Of a stretch of 56,516 nucleotides of DNA, positions 16,896 through 26,520 are shown piece by piece (positions within the stretch are counted from its first letter, which is position 1; each line of letters starts with the position of its first letter). Where the stretch lies: positions 1 to 56,516 of the forward strand of contig WTJH01000039.1 of NCBI GenBank assembly GCA_011524915.1. Reading direction: 5' to 3'. The notes beneath the pieces were generated by a model. The model did not search any database. It was not told the DNA's origin and saw nothing but the letters and a program-made list of their open reading frames with translations. Both the position numbers and the translations under genes were made by a program. The stretch comes from Flavobacteriales bacterium. GTDB lineage: Bacteria; Bacteroidota; Bacteroidia; Flavobacteriales; Flavobacteriaceae.

Positions 16896-18155
16896 TTATG
16901 GCTTCAATGGACTTATATTTTTGATTAAAAGGTGAATGGATAAAAGGCACAAAGGTGCTAATACTGCCAATATAATAAAGGCGGGAGTATAGGATTCTAC
17001 AGTAATGATGGGTATCAACCAGTTCATTATGATCACAGAAACAGCACCGATACTTCCTCCTAAGCCTGCCAAAGTTCCAACAGATTTCCCACTTAATAAA
17101 TCACTAGGGATGGTTTGAATATTACTAATTGCAAACTGAAATCCGAACAATACCATAAAGACAAAGGAAACAAACTTTTCAGGGGTATTGGCAAACATAA
17201 TAGCTCCCAATATCGAGACCACTATAATAACTACAGCGACCAAAACGGTCTGCTTTCGGGCTTTATCTACAGTATGGTTCTGGAGTAGACGCTTGGCATA
17301 CCATCCTCCGGCTAAACTTCCTAGCATAGCTCCTACATAGGGGAACCAAGCATAATATCCGATTTCTTTGACATTAAAGTTGAATTCCTTGTACAAATAG
17401 ATGGGCATCCAAAAAACGAATAACCACCAGATGGGTTCAATAAAGAAACGAGCTGCAATAACCCCCCAAGATTCGCGTTGAGATAAGATTTGTACAATAG
17501 TTAAACCTTGATCCTCAGCTGAGTCTTGAGATGTTTGTTGGTCGGCTAAGATATGTTCGCGTTCCTCATCCGTAATCCAAGGGTGATTGGCCGGTAGAGA
17601 TTTGTTAATCACTACCCAAGGCACGATCCAAATAAAACCAATAACACCAATGATTAGAAAAGTGATCTGCCATCCATAAGCTCCAAAAAGCTCAGCAATC
17701 ACAGGGGCTGCAATGATAGAACCAATCCCAGCTCCTGCGTTAAAGATCCCTTGGGCTAAAGCTCTCTCTTTTATCGGAAACCACTCGGCATTATTTTTAA
17801 CGGCCCCTGGCCAGTTACCCGCTTCGGCAACTCCCAAAAGACCTCGGAAAATCCCTAGACTGGCTGCACCACGTGCAAAAAAATGCAAAGCAGAGGCGAG
17901 AGACCAAAAGAAAATGGATAATACGAAACCAATACGGGTCCCTACTTTATCATAAATACGGCCCGAGATAAACTTCCCTGCCGCATACGTAATGGTGAAA
18001 ATATTAATGATCCATGCATAATCCTGTTCGGTGAGATTCAAGTCTTCTCGCATTTGAGGCCACATGATCCCTAAGGCTGCCCGATCTATATAGTTGATGA
18101 TGGTGGCCAGACAAACCAGACCAATAATCCACCACCGTAATCCTGTTACTTTCAT
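16896..18155 (-). CDS. MFS transporter, ExuT/hexuronate-like (likely DEH/uronate importer)
   Basis: LRWWIIGLVCLATIINYIDRAALG N-terminus typical of the ACS/ExuT subfamily. 12 TM, 419 aa. Confidence 0.75.
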   Translation of the reverse strand: MKVTGLRWWIIGLVCLATIINYIDRAALGIMWPQMREDLNLTEQDYAWIINIFTITYAAGKFISGRIYDKVGTRIGFVLSIFFWSLASALHFFARGAASLGIFRGLLGVAEAGNWPGAVKNNAEWFPIKERALAQGIFNAGAGIGSIIAAPVIAELFGAYGWQITFLIIGVIGFIWIVPWVVINKSLPANHPWITDEEREHILADQQTSQDSAEDQGLTIVQILSQRESWGVIAARFFIEPIWWLFVFWMPIYLYKEFNFNVKEIGYYAWFPYVGAMLGSLAGGWYAKRLLQNHTVDKARKQTVLVAVVIIVVSILGAIMFANTPEKFVSFVFMVLFGFQFAISNIQTIPSDLLSGKSVGTLAGLGGSIGAVSVIIMNWLIPIITVESYTPAFIILAVLAPLCLLSIHLLIKNISPLKP

Positions 18156-18238
18156 AATTTAAGTTTAAAACAAAAAGGTCCAAACATGACGATTTGGGTG
18201 ATTGTGTGAGGTTAATGTGAGCCCCTCAAAGCTCTTCT

Positions 18239-18931
18239 TTAAGATATTTGATAGCAATACTGATAGAGATCTTTAAAATGCTCTTTCATCGCAGATTTAG
18301 CACTTGCTGGATCTTTTTCCCGTATCGCGTCAACTATATCTTTGTGTTCTTGTATCCCCTTAAAGGCGGTATTCTTATCACAAATGTGGTGTTGTTCGAA
18401 ATTATTGATAATCTCAGGCGTAATTTTGAGCATGAAACTGATCAAGGTAGGATTGGCACTTGCCCGCGCAATAGCCAGGTGAAAAAGTAAGTCTTCCTGT
18501 ACCGCTTCTTCACCTCGAATAACCTTATCGGAATAAGCCGCCAAGGCTTCTTCCATACGTTTTAAGTCGTCAGCAGAACGACGAAGTGCTGCTAATTTGA
18601 CGCCTTTTAATTCTAAGAAAATTCGAGCTTCCACCAATTCTTTAAAAGAAGGTTCTTGTAACTTAAGGATATCGTCAATCATCCCGTTAAGGGCGATAAT
18701 ACCGATATCTGCTACAAAAGTCCCGCTTTGTGGAATGGATTTAACCAGACCGTAAAATTCTAAAGTTTGTAAAGCTTCCCTAAGATGGCTACGAGTAACA
18801 TTAAAGCGTTCAGATAGCATGCGCTCCGATGGGAGCTTATCACCAGGTTCTAAATTTTTGAAATTAATTAATTCTTTAATCTTAGAAATAATTTCTTTCT
18901 GTTCGGCCTGTATTTCGCTATCAATAATCAT
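18239..18931 (-). CDS. GntR-family (FadR subfamily) transcriptional regulator; AusR-like candidate alginate repressor
   Basis: Winged HTH PGDKLPSERMLSERFNVTRSHLREALQTLEFYGLV plus an all-helical FCD-like C-terminal domain. It is the only regulator in the locus. Confidence 0.85.
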   Translation of the reverse strand: MIIDSEIQAEQKEIISKIKELINFKNLEPGDKLPSERMLSERFNVTRSHLREALQTLEFYGLVKSIPQSGTFVADIGIIALNGMIDDILKLQEPSFKELVEARIFLELKGVKLAALRRSADDLKRMEEALAAYSDKVIRGEEAVQEDLLFHLAIARASANPTLISFMLKITPEIINNFEQHHICDKNTAFKGIQEHKDIVDAIREKDPASAKSAMKEHFKDLYQYCYQIS

Positions 18932-18964
18932 ATGTACTACATTAACTTACGGGAGACTTAAGAA

Positions 18965-18994
18965 TTGGTTAACCAAATTGGTCAAACAAAAATA
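18965..18994 (-). promoter_or_regulatory. Two tandem operator units (TTGGTTAACCAA, TTGGTCAAACAA) overlapping the -7 box TATTTTTG of the GntR operon
   Basis: Plus-strand sequence: TTGGTTAACCAAATTGGTCAAACAAAAATA. The reverse complement gives TATTTTTG followed by the units. Lies 35-60 nt upstream of the GntR ATG. Confidence 0.55.
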
Positions 18995-19129
18995 CTAAAA
19001 GTCTTGAGCTTTAAAACTTAGAATCAATAATTACAATTTATTTAAGATTTATTTCTAAAACAAGAAGAAACGAGGGCCCCGGATTAATGAAGGCCCCCGT
19101 TGCAAAACTAACTAAAGAAACGAAACAAA

Positions 19130-20458
19130 TTAGTAGCCAGGATTCTGCGTGATGACTCCACCACTAGCAAGAATCTCAGATACTGGGATGGGGAAAATGT
19201 GATAGTTGCTATTCACAGATTGTCCCATTTCAGTATCTACAGTACCTGTCCGAACCAAATCGAACCAACGCTTCCCTTCAAAAGCCAATTCTAAACGTCT
19301 TTCGTTTTGAATCGCTCGAGCTACAGCCGATTGAGAGCTGATCGTTGTATGATCTAGTGGACTAAGTCCAGCACGGCTACGGATTGGATCCAATAGGTCT
19401 AATACACTTTGCGCAGATGATCCCGTTTGATTTAAAGCTTCTGCATACATAAGGATGACATCAGCTAAACGGATTTCAATCCAGTCGTGATCAGGTCCCC
19501 CTTCTTGTGGAAACTTAGGCGAAGCAGTTTCACCCGCATTGATCGTTACTGCACGACGAAGGTCAGTTCCTCCACCATTGGCATCACTGGCATCAAAAGC
19601 ATCAACCAAATCCTCATCTAAGGGCTCAAGAGCTTTAGTATCTAAACCTGCAGACCAAGACCAAAATTCAGAAAATCCATACTCATCAGTGATCGAACTT
19701 GACACCTGAATAGCAAAAATGATTTCAGAGTTTAAATCATTGGCTTCACCGAAGATATCTGCGAAGTTGGCCTGTAATGAAATTCCAGCACTAGCAGCAC
19801 CATTGACAACAGCTCCAAGTTCGCTAGCAGCGTTCTGGTATTCTGCACGGTGTAAATACACTTTCCCTAAAAGGGCTTGAGCTGCATATCTAGATGCTCT
19901 ACCATCTCGGATTTCTATCCCCAAGGCTGCTTTAGCCGCTTGAAGATCTGGAATAATGACATCTGTATAGATCGTCTCCTTAGACACACGTGCCAAGATT
20001 GACGTATCAGAAGTACTTGGTGCAGCTGAAGTATTCAATGGCACATCACCAAACACTTGTACCAACTTAAAGTAAGATAAAGCTCTTAAAAATTTAGCTT
20101 CACCTACTTGTGTTGCATTTAAAGAATTTGCAATAACATTATTAGCACTTAAGATAGACTTGTATAAAGCTGTATAGAAAGGACCGAAAAATTGGTCTTC
20201 CATATCTACTAAGTCACCATCAAAACGATCGAACGCTGGAAATGGTTCCTCAGTCATAAGTCCGTTATCCGCTCTAAAGTCTCCCATCACAGCCATAGGC
20301 GTAACCGCTCCAAGCTGATAGAAGTAAGCGGCATTAAGGACGCCACTGAATTCAGTTAATGAATCCGCACTAGCAATATTTGACGGTGTTTGATCCAAAT
20401 CACTTTCACAAGCGATGACCAAGCAGAATAGTCCAAAAATTAAAGTTAATTTTTTCAT
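19130..20458 (-). CDS. susD: SusD/RagB-family lipoprotein (short, 442 aa)
   Basis: Lipobox LVIACESD with an acidic tail. FLRALSYFKLVQVFGDVPL and C-terminal RRLELAFEGKRWFDLVR motifs. Lies 12 nt downstream of a SusC gene. Confidence 0.85.
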   Translation of the reverse strand: MKKLTLIFGLFCLVIACESDLDQTPSNIASADSLTEFSGVLNAAYFYQLGAVTPMAVMGDFRADNGLMTEEPFPAFDRFDGDLVDMEDQFFGPFYTALYKSILSANNVIANSLNATQVGEAKFLRALSYFKLVQVFGDVPLNTSAAPSTSDTSILARVSKETIYTDVIIPDLQAAKAALGIEIRDGRASRYAAQALLGKVYLHRAEYQNAASELGAVVNGAASAGISLQANFADIFGEANDLNSEIIFAIQVSSSITDEYGFSEFWSWSAGLDTKALEPLDEDLVDAFDASDANGGGTDLRRAVTINAGETASPKFPQEGGPDHDWIEIRLADVILMYAEALNQTGSSAQSVLDLLDPIRSRAGLSPLDHTTISSQSAVARAIQNERRLELAFEGKRWFDLVRTGTVDTEMGQSVNSNYHIFPIPVSEILASGGVITQNPGY

Positions 20459-20470
20459 ATCTCTGTTGTA

Positions 20471-23400
20471 TTAAAATTTAAGATTGATCCCTAGAGTCAT
20501 AGTTCTTACAACAGGACTGGCTCCTACTTGAACCCCATAGGTTGTTGGGCCTAAATATCCACTGTTTGTAATCTCAACACCTTCAGGATTGTAGGAGGTG
20601 TAGTTATCAGCCATAAGGTAGAACAAGTTTGTCCCTGCAGCATAGATACGTGCAGATGTCAACCCGAATTTGTCGATCGAATCTTGATCGAATGTATACC
20701 CTAAAGTCATGTTTCGAAGAGCGATATATGACGCGTCCTGGATACCTGAATCTGTTTGACGTCGGTTTCCAATGTAGTGCTGATTGTTGTGATCTGCACG
20801 TCCGTCTCCATCAGCATCAAACGTATCTACTAAACGACCTGACCACTCAGATCCGTAGTATAAAGGATCGATGTTGTAAACTTCAGCTCCGTGAGAACCT
20901 TGGAATTGAAGAGAAAGATCAAAGTTTTTGTAGTTCATGCTACTGTTAAGACCCCAGTAAAAATCTGGTGTAGCTTGACCGATTTTTACCAAATCTCCAC
21001 CTTCTTCTACGGTACGAGTACGATCAATTACACCGTCTCCATTTTGATCTACAACATAAGATTCTCCTGTAGTGTTATTCGGGTGACGTGTACCATCCTC
21101 TAAGTAGAGCATTTCTACAGGTCCAGAAGTTTCAAGACCCCACATTTCTCCAATCTGACCACCGACATAGTTTCTAAAGATTGGTCCACGACCACTTTGT
21201 CCGTATTGTGCTCTTGGAAGTTCGTCCAATCCACCTAGATCAGTGATTTCTGTATCTACAGTAGAAAGGTTAGCATTTAGATTCCAGCTAAAGTTTCCAT
21301 TGTCGATCATATTAGCAGAAAGTTCAAATTCCATACCGCTACTTTCAACATCTCCAGAGTTCAATCGGATAGAAGTTGTTCCTAAAACTTCAGAAACACT
21401 CTGATTGATCAAGATGTCTTCGATCTTAGAAGTATAGTAGTTCATGCTTAGTCTAAAGCGATTGTCTACAACTCCTAAATCAAAACCATAGTTGGTTTCT
21501 GTATTGGTCTGCCAAGTTAAATCTGGATTCGCAACATCAGAAGGAATTAAATACGCATTTCCGAAGATTGTCGCCTGAGGATTCAATAAGCTCAAGGAAT
21601 TGTAGGCTCCTAAATCAGAAGTTGTTCCTAGAGATCCAGTACTGTAACGCAGCTTTAACAAGCTAACCGTTTCAGAGCTAAAGAAATCTTCGCTGTGAAC
21701 GTTCCATCCCAAAGAAAAAGCAGGGAAAGTCTCATATTTATTGTTGGCTCCAAAACGGGAGTCTCCATCACGACGAACAGAAACGGACGCCAAATACTTG
21801 TTGTTGTATGCGTAGTTGATTCGACCGAATACACTATTTCGAGAAATTTGTTCATCACGCTCGGAGATTGAAATGTCAGCCGGCTCTAAAAGACCAAAGT
21901 TGACAATTTCTCCAAAAGGAACATTGGTACCTCTAAGTGTTGTTCCTTTTGTGTAGGTATCTTGGAATTCAATACCAGCTACAGCATCGATATCATGATT
22001 CCCGATAAGCTTAGAGAAGCTTACAGTAGTCTCGCTCAAACGAGTCGTACGTGTAACGTCTACTTGATCTAAGTCTGTTTGAGTTGTACGAGCTCTAGAG
22101 TCTGCCTCTAAACCTTGGTAATAGTAGTCTTGAGTATCACGGATGTCCGCTCCAATTACTGTTTTGATGCTTAGATCTTCAGTAATTTTATAACGAAGAT
22201 ATCCAGTGATATTGGCAAAATAAGTTTTGATCCAACGATCTGCGTTGTCCAATTTGGTCGCAGGTCCTGCATCTCCAGATCCTCCAATACCATTGTTGGC
22301 TCTACCATAGTGCCAGTCTTGTGCAGTATCCCCAACTTGAAGCGTAGCAATACTGTTGTTAAAAGGAGCAGAACCTCCTCTATAACCATTATCATAGGCA
22401 GAGTATCCTAAAGCCTGAGCACGTTGATCTAAACGTTGTACAAAAGCGATAGACTCAGCTGTGTGATATACCGGGTGAACTCCGTAAGCACGTAATAAGT
22501 CGCGCATATCGTGAGCAACGATATCTTGAGTAGATGTAAATCCACTAAAGGTCATTCCGGTCTTAAATTTATCGCTCAACTGAGCATCAATGTTCATACG
22601 TGCATTGATACGCTCAAAACCTTGAGTGATAACAACCCCTTCGGTATCTTGGTAACCCAAGGATGCAAAATACTTAACACTTTTGGATCCACCGCTAACA
22701 CTTAAGTTATGGTTGACCATAGAACCGGTTCTAAATAACCAGTCTTCAGGGCTGATAGCTCCGGGAGAGTCTTCATAGGCACTCAAACGGAACTCTACAA
22801 AAGTAGGATCGATTTGAGATAAGTCCCAGTTTCCAGCAGCGATTTCGCTACGTGCGTGTGCTGCCCACTCTGGACCTGACATAAGAATATTGTCTCGGTA
22901 TTTGCTAGAAGTACTGATATAAGAATCAAGACTTACTACAGGCGCTCCTTCACCACCTCTTTTGGTCGTTACCAAGATAACCCCATTAGCCCCTCGAGAT
23001 CCGTAGATCGCAGCAGAAGAAGCATCTTTTAATACTTCAAGACTCTGGATGTCATTTGGGTTAACCGTTGCCAAACTTCCAGAAATAGGATAGCCATCAA
23101 CAACAATAAGAGGATTTGAACTTCCATTTACGGAAGCCGATGCACGGATCTGAATCTTAGGATCAGCTCCAGGCTCACCACTTTGGTTTTGGATGAGTAC
23201 CCCAGACATTTTACCTGCCAAGGCATCATCTACACGAACGGCTTGAACACTTGCAATGTTCTCTCCCTTAACCTGAGCAACTGCTCCTGTCAATTGAGAT
23301 TTTTTACGTGTACCATAACCAGTTACTACAATCTCGTCCAATTCGTTTTGGTCTTGTTCCAAAACTACGGACACGTTGTCTTGCCCGTTAAAGGTGACTG

Positions 23401-23638
23401 CTTGAGTAACATAGCCTAAATAAGAAAAAACGATAACCTCGCCTTCATTAACCGTCAGGGTGTAGTTCCCGTCAAAGTCCGTCGTGGTTCCGTTGTTGGT
23501 GTTTTGCACAACCACATTAGCACCGGGGATGGAAAGTCCATCAGAACCCGTAACCGTACCATTTACTTGAGTTTGTGCAAACGAAAACATACTGCAAAAC
23601 AATGCTGCTAGCAGTACTAGATTTTGTTTGAATTTCAT
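20471..23638 (-). CDS. susC: SusC-type TonB-dependent outer-membrane transporter
   Basis: N-terminal carboxypeptidase-regulatory-like domain (VNGTVTGSDG...GANVVV), plug motif IQSLEVLKDASSAAIYGSRGANGVILVTTKRG, and C-terminal beta-barrel ending in F. Start set at MKFKQNL (23638). Confidence 0.9.
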   Translation of the reverse strand: MKFKQNLVLLAALFCSMFSFAQTQVNGTVTGSDGLSIPGANVVVQNTNNGTTTDFDGNYTLTVNEGEVIVFSYLGYVTQAVTFNGQDNVSVVLEQDQNELDEIVVTGYGTRKKSQLTGAVAQVKGENIASVQAVRVDDALAGKMSGVLIQNQSGEPGADPKIQIRASASVNGSSNPLIVVDGYPISGSLATVNPNDIQSLEVLKDASSAAIYGSRGANGVILVTTKRGGEGAPVVSLDSYISTSSKYRDNILMSGPEWAAHARSEIAAGNWDLSQIDPTFVEFRLSAYEDSPGAISPEDWLFRTGSMVNHNLSVSGGSKSVKYFASLGYQDTEGVVITQGFERINARMNIDAQLSDKFKTGMTFSGFTSTQDIVAHDMRDLLRAYGVHPVYHTAESIAFVQRLDQRAQALGYSAYDNGYRGGSAPFNNSIATLQVGDTAQDWHYGRANNGIGGSGDAGPATKLDNADRWIKTYFANITGYLRYKITEDLSIKTVIGADIRDTQDYYYQGLEADSRARTTQTDLDQVDVTRTTRLSETTVSFSKLIGNHDIDAVAGIEFQDTYTKGTTLRGTNVPFGEIVNFGLLEPADISISERDEQISRNSVFGRINYAYNNKYLASVSVRRDGDSRFGANNKYETFPAFSLGWNVHSEDFFSSETVSLLKLRYSTGSLGTTSDLGAYNSLSLLNPQATIFGNAYLIPSDVANPDLTWQTNTETNYGFDLGVVDNRFRLSMNYYTSKIEDILINQSVSEVLGTTSIRLNSGDVESSGMEFELSANMIDNGNFSWNLNANLSTVDTEITDLGGLDELPRAQYGQSGRGPIFRNYVGGQIGEMWGLETSGPVEMLYLEDGTRHPNNTTGESYVVDQNGDGVIDRTRTVEEGGDLVKIGQATPDFYWGLNSSMNYKNFDLSLQFQGSHGAEVYNIDPLYYGSEWSGRLVDTFDADGDGRADHNNQHYIGNRRQTDSGIQDASYIALRNMTLGYTFDQDSIDKFGLTSARIYAAGTNLFYLMADNYTSYNPEGVEITNSGYLGPTTYGVQVGASPVVRTMTLGINLKF

Positions 23639-23770
23639 GCGTACTTGTTTAATTAGATTTCTATTTTGTTTATACACCGATTGTTTTGCTTACACATAAC
23701 AACGGAGGAAATACATAAGACATCAAACAAAGTCTTACGTATTTAGGTCATTCCCAGCTGGTAAATCAGA

Positions 23771-23800
23771 TTGGTTTACCAGATTGGTATGCCAAATATA
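23771..23800 (-). promoter_or_regulatory. Two tandem operator units (TTGGTTTACCAG, TTGGTATGCCAA) overlapping the -7 box TATATTTG of the SusC1/SusD1 unit
   Basis: Plus-strand sequence: TTGGTTTACCAGATTGGTATGCCAAATATA. About 135-160 nt upstream of the SusC1 ATG. Confidence 0.55.
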
Positions 23801-24068
23801 GCGTATTTTAGGGATCCGCAAAATTTAAGCCCAATTATTTCAGCTTTTTGATAATTAGACTCCCCTCATTTGGAAATTGAAATCTGTTGCAAGTGCCTGA
23901 TGTTATTTTAATCTCCTATCCGTGCACATTGAATCGTAAGAATCATTAGTTCCGCCTCCAAAACGGATGGTGTATAGCCATAAAATGCAAATAAGGAGAA
24001 TAAGGAAATGCGTTCCTCTTGTACATAGCGGCCAAATATAAAAACAGAAAAAATGGCAGGAGTGCCTA

Positions 24069-24983
24069 CTAGTGTTTGACTTCAAGTTCGTAGAAACGAA
24101 CTTTAGAAAAGGACCCTTCGTCCCGGGATTGGAAATAGTTCCCCGCCTTAAAATAGTTTTCAAATACACCCCACTTATCCATATGGATGGACTCGTAAAC
24201 TTTGTATTCATTTTTATTTAAAACGATGACCATTTTCCCCTCAGAAACGATGACTTCCAAGGTGAATTTTTTAAATCCTACTTCTTGCTCAAAGCTAAAG
24301 CCTTCGTCGTCTCCCCAAGCTTGTTTGTAGAGAAGAGCTTTTCCAGTAAGATTTGGATTTTTTAGGACTTTGGTTTTGACCCGTACCTTTCCTTTATCCC
24401 AATAGATTTTTAAGATCGGAGGAGCATCATTGCTCTTCTTCCCGATTAAATCCCGCTGCTCATTGGTTAAACGGCCATGGATTTGCATAATAATGGTTCT
24501 GTGATACTTTCCAGAAGCATCCCTAGAGGAAGCCTCCATAGCTATTTTACCTCTCATATAGGCGCCATCTGCAAAAGTCCAGTTGACATTATTATTCCCC
24601 GGCTCCATTTGTTCTCTTAACTCTGAACGGGTGTATTTGGTGTTCATCGTCTTAGAATCCGTAGGCATGGCATGAAAGACAATGGCCCCTTTTAAAGAAT
24701 CTATATACATATAGGGTTTAGCAACCTCCATACTTGCAAAATTCAAAATTTCAGGGGGTTCAATTTCATAGGGTTTGCCTTTATCGTTGGTGACCGGGAG
24801 GGTAACCTTCCAATGGCTGAGATCGATTTTGGGGAGCTTTACTTTTTTACGCTTCTTTTTGGATTTCTTTTGGGTCTGAGCTTCCAAAAGAGAAACGCCA
24901 CTCTCCAAAGCTTGGAAAGTGGCGTTATTATAATTTAAAGTATTTAAAAAGATGGTCAGTACTAAGATCAAATGATAATTCAT
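24069..24983 (-). CDS. PL7-family alginate lyase
   Basis: PL7 signature triad RSELREQ, IIMQIHG and YFKAGNYFQS. Secretion signal. ATG at 24983 preferred over the TTG at 24989. Confidence 0.85.
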   Translation of the reverse strand: MNYHLILVLTIFLNTLNYNNATFQALESGVSLLEAQTQKKSKKKRKKVKLPKIDLSHWKVTLPVTNDKGKPYEIEPPEILNFASMEVAKPYMYIDSLKGAIVFHAMPTDSKTMNTKYTRSELREQMEPGNNNVNWTFADGAYMRGKIAMEASSRDASGKYHRTIIMQIHGRLTNEQRDLIGKKSNDAPPILKIYWDKGKVRVKTKVLKNPNLTGKALLYKQAWGDDEGFSFEQEVGFKKFTLEVIVSEGKMVIVLNKNEYKVYESIHMDKWGVFENYFKAGNYFQSRDEGSFSKVRFYELEVKH

Positions 24984-25011
24984 AACCAAATTTTAAACTT
25001 TAAAGAAGTTC

Positions 25012-26496
25012 TTAGTTAGCAAGAACCTTTACATTATCGATATAGGCATCCTTAGGTGTTACAGCGTAAAACATAATGGATACTTGCCCATCCGAAGGAG
25101 CTGTAAAAGGAATATTCACAAATGTTCCTACATCTCCAGGGGTGCTCGAAAATTTACCTTGTGCAATAAAACCTTCATGGTAACCCAAGTTTTCAGAAGG
25201 AATATCGTCTACGGCATCGGCACCATCTACATAGTAGCCATCCATAATAAGACCAACCACTCGACGGCCACCAATGGGGTCGTCTCCAGCGTCGTTCTTG
25301 ATCGCATACTGGTACTGTAGGATATAGTTTGCGTTGGGTGTAAGAGCAAGCTCCTGATAGGCATATCGGGAGTTTGAACTTCTAAATTCCCCTCCAGACT
25401 GACTGGAACTCCATTTAGCTCCTCTTGTTTTTCCTACGTCATTTCCGTCGTAGTCCAAATCTGATCCGTCTGAACTGGATCCAAATGGATTGGTGGTACC
25501 ATCCGTAAAGGTTGGGAATTTCCACATTTCCATCTTGTCATTAAAATCTCCATTCGCAATGGTACTGCTTGTTGGTTTATGTAAGTAAACATTATCAACC
25601 GCAATAGTGGCGTGATCCCGAGCGGTTCCACCGCTGCCAAGTTCGAAATGGATTTCATTAAATTCTGTTACGGCTCCTGAGAAACCAGTCGCTAGATCAA
25701 TATCAAAACTTGTCCATTCGCCATCGGTTAGAGCCAAGGCATCTACTTCAAAAGAATCAGAATTGCCAGTGTTCACCAAAGAAACTTTTAGGACATCAAT
25801 CCCAGAACTAAAGTTGGAATGTACATCGAAATGGATACGAGTAGCTGCAAGTCCCTCTACAAAGGTATTTGCAACCTCGACAGAATTCATACTCAATATT
25901 CCAGCACCCGTTCTAAGACGTGAAAATTGAACAACATCATTGACTTCACTCACCGATACTACAGAACCTCCTGAAGCTGCCGTTCCATGCTCCCAAGAAA
26001 GCATGGCACCGTCGTATTCAAAACCGTCGCTAAATAGTGCGTATACATTTGGATCCCGCTCACTTGGAGAGGCAGGTACAGTTGATACGGCTGCTGGTTC
26101 ATGATTAACCGTAAAGTTGGCACTTAAAGACACGTCTGCAAGACCTTGATCAGATTTTGCCGTAACGGTTATCGCATATACAGCGGAAGCCTCAACATTA
26201 GGATAATCATAAGATGCTGATCCACCATTTTCTGAAATGGTCACCGGATCTCCGTGTCCAAAGTTGACCACAAAAGAAGATGCGCCAATCGCTAGTGGAG
26301 TAACGGTTACAAAGGTACCGTCATCCAAATTGTTAGCATCTGGCCCTGAGGAAATATCAAAACTAGAAAAAGTGATTTCTGTAAGCCCCGGTCCACTCGA
26401 ATTCAAACTTGGCTGTTCTGGTTCGAATTCGTCGTCACAGCCCACCATGATTCCCGTAATAAAAAGGGCTGGTATTAGTGTTTTAAATAAATTCAT
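25012..26496 (-). CDS. Surface lipoprotein with an Ig/PKD-like N-domain and two CBM-like jelly-roll modules (SusE/F-like glycan-binding candidate)
   Basis: Lipobox IMVGCDDEFE. C-terminal about 180 aa (NGDFND..WKF..RYAYQ..YILQYQYAIK..FYAV..YIDNVKV) is paralogous to the C-terminus of the next ORF. Lies downstream of SusD2. Confidence 0.65.
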   Translation of the reverse strand: MNLFKTLIPALFITGIMVGCDDEFEPEQPSLNSSGPGLTEITFSSFDISSGPDANNLDDGTFVTVTPLAIGASSFVVNFGHGDPVTISENGGSASYDYPNVEASAVYAITVTAKSDQGLADVSLSANFTVNHEPAAVSTVPASPSERDPNVYALFSDGFEYDGAMLSWEHGTAASGGSVVSVSEVNDVVQFSRLRTGAGILSMNSVEVANTFVEGLAATRIHFDVHSNFSSGIDVLKVSLVNTGNSDSFEVDALALTDGEWTSFDIDLATGFSGAVTEFNEIHFELGSGGTARDHATIAVDNVYLHKPTSSTIANGDFNDKMEMWKFPTFTDGTTNPFGSSSDGSDLDYDGNDVGKTRGAKWSSSQSGGEFRSSNSRYAYQELALTPNANYILQYQYAIKNDAGDDPIGGRRVVGLIMDGYYVDGADAVDDIPSENLGYHEGFIAQGKFSSTPGDVGTFVNIPFTAPSDGQVSIMFYAVTPKDAYIDNVKVLAN

Positions 26497-26520
26497 TGTT
26501 TGTGCTTTTTAATTTAATAA

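Noticed and set aside
19073-19099. GGGCC...GGCCC hairpin after SusD1, considered as a terminator
   Set aside because: It has only a 5-bp stem, a long loop and an interrupted T tract. That is too weak to call, although some termination before the GntR promoter is plausible.
23903-24211. 102-aa ORF between the PL7 gene and SusC1
   Set aside because: It overlaps the 3' end of the PL7 gene in another frame, has a Cys/Phe-rich nonsense-like sequence, and lies in the promoter and leader region of SusC1.
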